Shown in pieces: positions 54,361 through 64,000 of a DNA stretch of 64,000 bases. Numbering within the stretch: position 1 is the stretch's first letter; each line of letters starts with the position of its first letter. Position numbers and translations under genes: made by a program. The stretch covers positions 110,918,001 through 110,982,000 of the forward strand of contig OX597820.1 in assembly GCA_951406725.2 (NCBI GenBank). The letters run 5' to 3'. Source of the stretch: Octopus vulgaris. Lineage: Eukaryota. The notes beneath the pieces are model-generated. The model saw only the letters and a list, made by a program, of their open reading frames with translations, did not search any database and was not told the origin of the DNA.

Positions 54361-55721
54361 ATTAAAAACTTTCGATGTAATATTATGATAAAGTGCTCGC
54401 TAGCTACAATCACAACAACGACGACAAAAGCAATGACAGGAATCATAAATCGGAATATAAGGATAGATTTCTATTGATTGCTAGTGAGGATGGGCTTCTA
54501 AACTGGGAATCGCAGTAGAATTGTCCATTGTCCGAAACTTGGCAAAGACCTAGCTACAACGTTACCATCTTAGCGGAGACCAGAGCAGAATGTTTGCAAC
54601 TGAGTGCAATAAGCTTAGCTCAGCCCACAGAAAAGGCCTGGTGTTAAGCTGAGTGATCAATGGACTCAACAATGCAGCCTTCAACCATGAAACAGCGGAG
54701 TATGGGTTTCAGGCTCTCAAGCTGCAGGTAGCAAGTAACAAGATTATTCAGAGCAACTGGTCTTTGGTTTGTATCATTGTAGTTGCTGGTCTATAAACCA
54801 ATACTTATCACCTGTTTTATTCAGGAATGAAACACTGAAGACTATATTATCCAATGTAGAGTTTGTTGATTTAGCTGATATTTCTAGCAGCCTGTGTGAC
54901 ATCTTAAGCGCTGCTTTATATCATGGAGATACTACTTTTATTTCATTTAGATTCATGTAATTTTAACAGGTGCGCGCACACAGATAACTACAGCAAAAAT
55001 CACCCACAAACACAATAATACATACACATGTATCAATGTATGAATGTGTGTGTGTGTGCGTGCGCGCGCGCGTGGTATGTGTTCACGACTGTTCATATAT
55101 GACAAAGAAGTTACTAAGTGTGTGTTGGTGTCGAAATATTCAAGGTGGAAGCTGTAAATTCAATTAGCGCTTGAATCCTCTTCAGTTGACACTGTTAGCA
55201 ACTGACGTCACAACAGAGCAATGACGTCACAGCGCCATAACAACGACGTGTTTCTATTTAGAATTCCGTTTTTATTTAATAACGTCTGCTTACATCACTT
55301 ATATTAAAGTTCCTGGATAGATCAAGTATAAAATTTTTTTCATTTTTCTTTGTTTCATACTATATGTGTATATTATATACTGCGTGTGTGTGTATGTATG
55401 CATGCATATTTGCAAGTAAAGATGCATATGCATATATATTTATACTTATTTATATTATGTATGTTTGAATGTATATACGTCATATATCCATATATAAAAT
55501 TTTGCATATACAAGTATACATATGTAAATGAACTTGAATACTCATGTCTACTGATTATTATAAGTAATTAAATAAATAAATTACATAAATATGCATACAT
55601 ATGAATGTACACACATGTACTATACATATGTACTATACATATGCACACATACACACGCACTCATATATACATTTATGAAATTGTGTTGCAAGATTCCTGA
55701 TGTGAAGTTGTGTTGAAACAG

Positions 55722-56188
55722 ACATTGTTGTATTTCGGGACGGTCATTTTTCTTTGCCAAATAAACACACGCGATATATATTCGTTCTTCACTCGTTCTT
55801 ATTTTAATTCATGTCCATAGTTCGGAAATCTTTCGTCACACATCTGTGACCTTTTCAGTGACACATTCCGTCCTCGTGTATGTGCTCCTGCTCCGCTTAG
55901 TCCATTTTGTTCTTCTATGATGTGTATCCTGATATGCGCATGCGTTCGCGCGTGCGTATACTTACGCATGCCTATGTGTTTCGCATGTGTGCTTATGTGT
56001 ATATATGGGCCGATGCCCTTTATACTGTTGTCATTGTTATCGTCTCTGTTCTTATTAGCTCTAGAACGAAGAGCTACTAAGAACAAAGACGATAACAATG
56101 ACAATAGTATAAAGGGCATAAGCCATATATGCGGATAAGCACACATGCGAAACACATAGGCATGCGTAAGCACACACACCACACACAC

Positions 56189-56231
<43 letters not shown>

Positions 56232-56490
56232 AGCACACACACATACAAATACAGTTGCAAATACATGCGCATGTGAAGATACACATCATAGAATAAAAGA
56301 ATGGACTAAGCAGAGCAGGAGCACGACGACGGAAAGTGTCTCTGAAGAGGTCACAGATGTGTGACGAAAGATTTCCGAACAATGGACATGAGTGAAAATA
56401 AGAACAGTAATAAACGGGGGAAGAGCGAATATATAGTGCGAGTGTTTATTTGGCAAAAAAAAAAATGACCGTTCTGAAATACAACAATGT
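55722..56490. repeat. Large imperfect palindrome (fold-back insertion)
   Basis: Arms 55722-56062 / 56070-56490 with a 7-nt spacer. The right arm has a (CA)n expansion. Confidence 0.9.
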
Positions 56491-56528
56491 ATGTGTGCGT
56501 GCGTGCGTGTGTATGCGCCTGCATACAT

Positions 56529-57210
56529 ACGAGGGTAAGCCATTATACTCACTCTTGTTTCTGTAATTTATTAAAACAAAAGCAGGTGTTGAACAATTAC
56601 ATCATTTTCAGCATAGTCCCCTTGCTTTTCGATGCAATTATTCCAGCGGTCCACAAGCTTGCTTCTCCCATCAGAAAAGAAAGTTTTCTGCTGGTCGCAC
56701 AGCCATTTATGCGCCACTCCTGACACTTCTTCAACCGTAGCCAATCAATGACCTCGTAAAGGATGTCTGAGCAGTCCACAGATGTGATAGATGGAAGGGG
56801 CGGGATCTGAACTGGATGTAGGGTGTTCCTGTAACTTGAAACCCTATTTTCCGATGGTTTCAAAGGTTTGGGTGACCGTATGTGGGCGTCCATGATCGTG
56901 AAACAAAAGCACTTGCTCTGACGTTTGACAGCAGCGTTTCGTGCGATTTGCTGGTTTCAGTTTGTTCCAGTATTTTCACCGTAGCCTACACTGGTAATCG
57001 TAGACCCCTTTTCGAAGTAATGTTCAAGTATGGGCTCTTTTGCGTCTCATTTTAAATTTTTAAATGTTTTAAATTTCAATTCTTACAATGTTGTAAGAAA
57101 CGGTCGGCATCATTTTCTGCGGAACGGTTAGTCTTGAATTTCTTTTTCGTTGGATATTGCTGGTGTTGCTGCTCCATAAGGTTTTCTTTTTTTTTAATTA
57201 ATTAATGCAG
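56529..57210 (-). mobile_element. Decayed mariner-type transposon 3' part
   Basis: TA+CGAGGG TIR-like end. Frameshifted remnants of HPPYSPDLAPSD and FF.DG..KLV.RWN.CIE.QGDY.E. Confidence 0.65.
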
Positions 57211-57394
57211 GTCATTCAAATTGTACATGTTGGTAAAGTGCATGTTCTTCTATGCAAAGGTACAATTCAACATAAACTCAATCACAAGCGATGCATTTGC
57301 ACCATCTTTGATCCTAACTCTTGAACGATGTTTGAAAATCATTCGGATAAGCACCGTCGTACCCACATCTTCACAACCACTTTCATTTCGTGAC

Positions 57395-57650
57395 ACCCTT
57401 GGACAAGTGTCTTCTACTATACCTCGGGCCGACCAAAGCCTTGTGATTGGATTTGGCAGACGGAAACTAAAAGAAACCCGTCGTATATATATATGTGTGT
57501 GTGCGTGTATGTGTGTGTGTGTCTTTGTGCGTGTTTGTGTGCCTGTGTTTGTCCCCCACCACCCGCTTGACAACCGTTATTGGTGTGTTTACGTCCTCGT
57601 AACTTAGCGGTTCAGCAAGATAGATCGATAGAATATGTATCAGAATTTAC
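57395..57650 (+). mobile_element. SINE family A, truncated
   Basis: Body, microsatellite and partial 3' half, ending at (AAT)n. Confidence 0.75.
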
Positions 57651-57651
57651 A

Positions 57652-59150
<1,499 letters not shown>

Positions 59151-59453
59151 CATTGTATTATATTACAGATCCACTAGGTATTAATCTGTTTCGCACCGGA
59201 GTTGAGGTAATCCGACGATATCTGGTAAGTGTACTAATCACAGATTGCAGTTATGGGGTGAATGGCCATGTTCCCGCTATTTTATCTCATATCCAGTGTA
59301 AAACCGATTGGTAAGACTGCGTGCATTGTAACTATAATGCAATATATTTTGATTAATATACCCACACTTTTGACCAATATTACGAGTACCTAATTTTGCT
59401 GAATTACGGATTATTACATGGCTATACATTCATACATATATACATACATACAT

Positions 59454-59492
<39 letters not shown>

Positions 59493-59553
59493 GCTCTTTA
59501 TCTCTCTTTATTGGCTTTATATGTGTGTGTGTGCGTGTGTGTATTTGCAGTAC

Positions 59554-59639
<86 letters not shown>

Positions 59640-59904
59640 TGCGTGTGTGTGTGTGAATTTAACAATCCATTATCATTTCTTAAGTTTGAAGTCGTTTATA
59701 TAATAGAAATTGCCTCTTCACAACTAACATTTCCTTTGAGAGCTGCAAAAGGAAACAACTACACCCTATACAAAAAAAGAAAAGAACACAAACAGCATTT
59801 CGCAACTATCGTCATGGTAAACACGAAAAGAAAGAGGAAAGGAAGAAAAGAAACGATTTTTTTTCACCTAAAGTCGTGTTTCTCTTCATCATCTTCATCA
59901 TCAG

Positions 59905-59935
<31 letters not shown>

Positions 59936-60083
59936 GGCGCAGGAGTGGCTGTGTGGTAAGTAGCTTGCTTACCAACCACATGGTTCCGGGTTCATTTGGG
60001 CAAGTGTCTTCTACTATAGCCTCGGGCTGACCAAAGCCTTATGAGTGGATTTGGTAGACAGAAACTGAAAGAAGCCCGTCGTA

Positions 60084-60150
<67 letters not shown>

Positions 60151-60362
60151 ATGTTTGTGTGTCTGTATTTGTCTCCCTAGCATTGCTTGACAACCGATGC
60201 TGGTGTGTTTATGTCCCCGTCACTTAGCGGTTCGGCAAAAGAGACCGATAGAATAAGTACTGGGCTTACAAAGAATAAGTCCCAGGGTCGAGTTGCTCGA
60301 TTAAAGGCGGTGCTCCAGCATGGCCGCAGTCAAATGACTGAAACAAGTAAAAGAGTAAAAGA

Positions 60363-60364
<2 letters not shown>
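59936..60364 (+). mobile_element. SINE family A, near full length
   Basis: Head, (TA)n(TG)n, 3' half and tail. Confidence 0.85.
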
Positions 60365-60409
<45 letters not shown>

Positions 60410-60855
60410 CACATACATACATACATACATACATACATACATACATACATACATACAGTGTCACTGATACACAGAAGATCAAACGAAATAAACTATGGTG
60501 AAAGTGACACTCCTCTATTGAAACTTCATCTTGAAACCATTCTACAACAAAAACCACGACTAACAGACATCCATATAGAATATAACGACACCAGCAATTG
60601 TGGTAAATATACGACAAATGCTTTTATATTAATGGAAAAGTGACTATCCCGATAGGTATAAACATGTCGTCATTAAGATATTACTTTGTTGTCTACAAGT
60701 GATGTCCTCAGCCATGAACTGCGTCATATTAATAGATATTGCAATATACTTACACATCTGCATACACACACGCATACATTTGCACACACGCGTGCCCATT
60801 TGCTAATACACCAAGGGGCAGAGAGACATTGGCAGAAACTACCACAGTATGTTTC

Positions 60856-60906
<51 letters not shown>

Positions 60907-62072
60907 AGAAAGTATGGCTGGTGATTACACGTGGTTGAATATACAAGGTAAATAAGATGTAAAAACACGGAAGATATGTTTTACGAGACTAAAGCATATA
61001 ATTAAATCGTCATGGCAAAAGTATTATACAATATTATACAAAATAAGATTTTTTTCCTCGGCTAAAATGACCGGTTTCGCTGAAGTATTTCAAATGTTAA
61101 GTGTTAGATGCAATTCGAAATGAGAAATTTTGTTGTTAATGTGTGGGGGGATAATTGGTAACCAAGGTATTTTTCAGTAAAAGGGAAATAAATCTGCAAT
61201 TTTCAATATGAGTTTATATTCAGTTCTGGCTTATATTATTCGATAAATAAGGTCTCTTTATTTAGTCGCACTTTTTTTCAGGTCCAAATAGTGCATTGAT
61301 ATAATGGGAAGATTAGGAATTTTAGTTTCAGTTGATCTGCACATTTTTAGTGTGTTCACTGAGTTGTATCTGGCGATATTGTGGGGGAAGAGAACTGTTG
61401 TCTGTGAACTGTACATCTTCGTCTAAGGGACATTGCTGCGGAAACTATATAGTTTTTATAACAACCCGAACATCTTATGACATAAATAAAGTTTTCAGAG
61501 GCACATGTAAAATTGGATTTAATTTTCAATTTTTATCCTTGTTTAAAATGGAATTCTTATCCGTCCAAAAGATTGGGACATGTTCCACAGTTAGGTCGAT
61601 CACATTTTTTTACTCACAGCCCCAGAAACAATGAAGTATTTAACATCATGTTATGCTGATGGATTATCTAAATTGCCTAATAGAACGGCAAATATCATTA
61701 ATAATATTGGAAATTATTTCATTGAATAAAATTTATTGAAAGATCAATTATTTATATCCCTTTTTGTATATTAAAACCGCTCAGAACTTTCTGGACAACT
61801 TTATATATATACATACATACAGTACAACGCAAATATGGAATTTTTGATTATCCATTTTAAATGTCAATAAAGGGTAACCAGAATGAATGATAAATCTATT
61901 TTAGTCAGGCACAAAGAAGAGATACACTACCACTTCAAGCAAAGCCAAAGTCTTACCTGTGTTACGTTTCAGGTGTGTTTAACGAAGCGTTAAAAGATTT
62001 AGCTTAAAATGCTCAGAACTTTCCAGACAACCTAACACACACACACACACACACATACATACACACACACAC

Positions 62073-62113
<41 letters not shown>

Positions 62114-62121
62114 TATATATA

Positions 62122-62822
62122 TATAAATTAAGGAAATCGCGAACACACGAGATTAGCTGTGGAAATAACTTAGAGAATCGGTTAGAGTACCCTTATAGAC
62201 GCAAGAAGAGTGCATTACTATTGCAATTTTGGAAGCATAGGCTGAAAGCTCTATATTTCACTTTTCTAGTGATATGATCCTCCTCAAACGAAATCACCAG
62301 TTTGTTGGATAGTTTTTTTAAGATTTGAATACAAAGTATTTGTCTCTGATGAAATTGGTTTTTTTTTCTGCGTCAGCAATATTTTTCGTAGAGATGACAA
62401 GCTTTTCACGGATCATAGTAAATAAATGATTTGTAATTGTACTCGACGTAAGGGAGTGATGTGATTATAAAGAGGTAGAAGCTTCAAAGAAACACTAGAA
62501 TAGAAAAATTCTTCAATGAAGAAATCTGAGTTTCTCTTTTACCTAATTCTCTATTTAAACAATTAAACCACGCTACTTAATTCGGTCCATGTCAAAGTCT
62601 CGGGCGAAACAATATGCATTTTGTTGGACTCACTGTTATTGATTAAACGTCTTCGCTCTCAGATTTGAGATCTTTATTCTCTATTCTAAATAGTCACACG
62701 ATGTTTGACTGTGAACTTCTTGGATACTATAAATTAAGGAAATCGCGAACACACGAGAATAGCTGTGGAAACAACTTAGAGAATCGGTTAGAGTACCCTT
62801 ATAGACACAAGAAGAGTGCATT
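62122..62822 (+). repeat. ~95-bp direct repeat pair
   Basis: 62122-62216 and 62728-62822, about 3 mismatches. Confidence 0.85.
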
Positions 62823-63551
62823 GTTGTTGAAAAGGCCTGACAGAAAAAAGAAACAGACTACATCACGAATTTGTACGTACATATACGTACACACGCACAT
62901 ACACATATACAGACAAGCAAACACACACACACAGTCGCACACATGAAAGTATGTATATACATACATATGTTTACAATATGTATGGATATATATTTTTAAG
63001 TACATATGCACGCATACATATAGTTTTGCGCGCACACACAAACATGTATGTATGTATGTATGTATGTATGTATGTATGTATGTATGTATGTATGTATGTA
63101 TATATGTATGTATACACAATGCAGTCAGTTGCTAAGCATGGTAACTATTACGTCATTGATATTCCGAAGAATATGCTGTTAGCACAACGCTCTTTGAAAT
63201 TAAAGAACTATGTTCAAAGGGAAATATCTAAATATCTTTACAGCGGTGCCGACGGTGTTACGGAAAAGGAGAAAGAGGTGGAAATTGCCATGTTTTAAGT
63301 AAGAGCGAGAGAGAGAGAGAGAGAGATGACAAGTCAGAAGGATACGTATAAAGAGAGGGAAAGTAAGTGAAGGAGAGAGATAGAGAGTGAGGAGAGAGAT
63401 ATGCAGAATAAGAGATAGTAGTATTTCAAAAGAAACGAGAATAAAGTGTAAAGAGAAAGAGAAAAGTTCAGTATATTAATTTGCCCAAATCTATACATTT
63501 CCCAATATAGTTTCAGTAATTATATTTCAGCAATTAACTATAATAATAATG

Positions 63552-63624
<73 letters not shown>

Positions 63625-64000
63625 TGATGATGATAATGATGATGATGATGATAACAGCATCACATGACCAACAACAACAGCAACAACAACAATAATAATT
63701 ATAATTATAATTATTATTATCATTATTATTATTTGAAAATTGTTATTTTATCATTATTATTATTATTGTTGTTGTTTCCATTGTTATTTAAAGAAGTTTG
63801 TCTTAAAGACAGTAACCATATCACGGATTTATGAACACGAATCTGAGACCGCGGCATGATATTACACGAGAAATACAAACACATTAACAAACATGCACAC
63901 ACACACACACACACACACACATTTTATTATTGTAAGACTTGTTAAGAGAAAACTGCAACCTTCATCTACAATATTTACACTTGAGATATTGTGTGCGTGC

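Noticed and set aside
61061-61090. GAAACCGGTC on the minus strand as a hammerhead 3' half
   Set aside because: No matching CUGANGA or stem I upstream.

Overview
AT-rich, microsatellite-saturated, non-genic animal DNA. The tRNA-SINE families and repeat density suggest an octopus/cephalopod genome (inference). I found no host exon. Nearly all listed ORFs are simple-repeat artefacts or transposon remnants. The one long intact reading frame (20826-~23010, minus strand) is a Neptune-type Penelope-like retroelement (PLE) with RT, a Cys linker and a C-terminal GIY-YIG nuclease, bracketed by ~930-bp inverted terminal repeats. Other elements: two more decayed PLEs, R4/Dong-type, Tx1/L1, CR1/L2 and RTE LINE fragments, a Ty3/gypsy remnant, Tc1/mariner, hAT and Helitron-like remnants, and at least four SINE families. 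The main hidden structure has three parts: (i) about ten minimal type-I hammerhead ribozyme motifs, including U3-A8 and U6 core variants; (ii) six to seven fold-back (arm / inverted arm + tail) insertions from ~110 bp to 5 kb that look like one PLE insertion mechanism; (iii) repeated nesting of these elements in (TA)n tracts, notably the microsatellite inside one SINE family. Also present are a (TAA)n-targeted ~555-bp non-coding retroposon and a SINE whose tail matches the 3' end of the local Tx1 LINE. All coordinates were read by eye; element boundaries are approximate.
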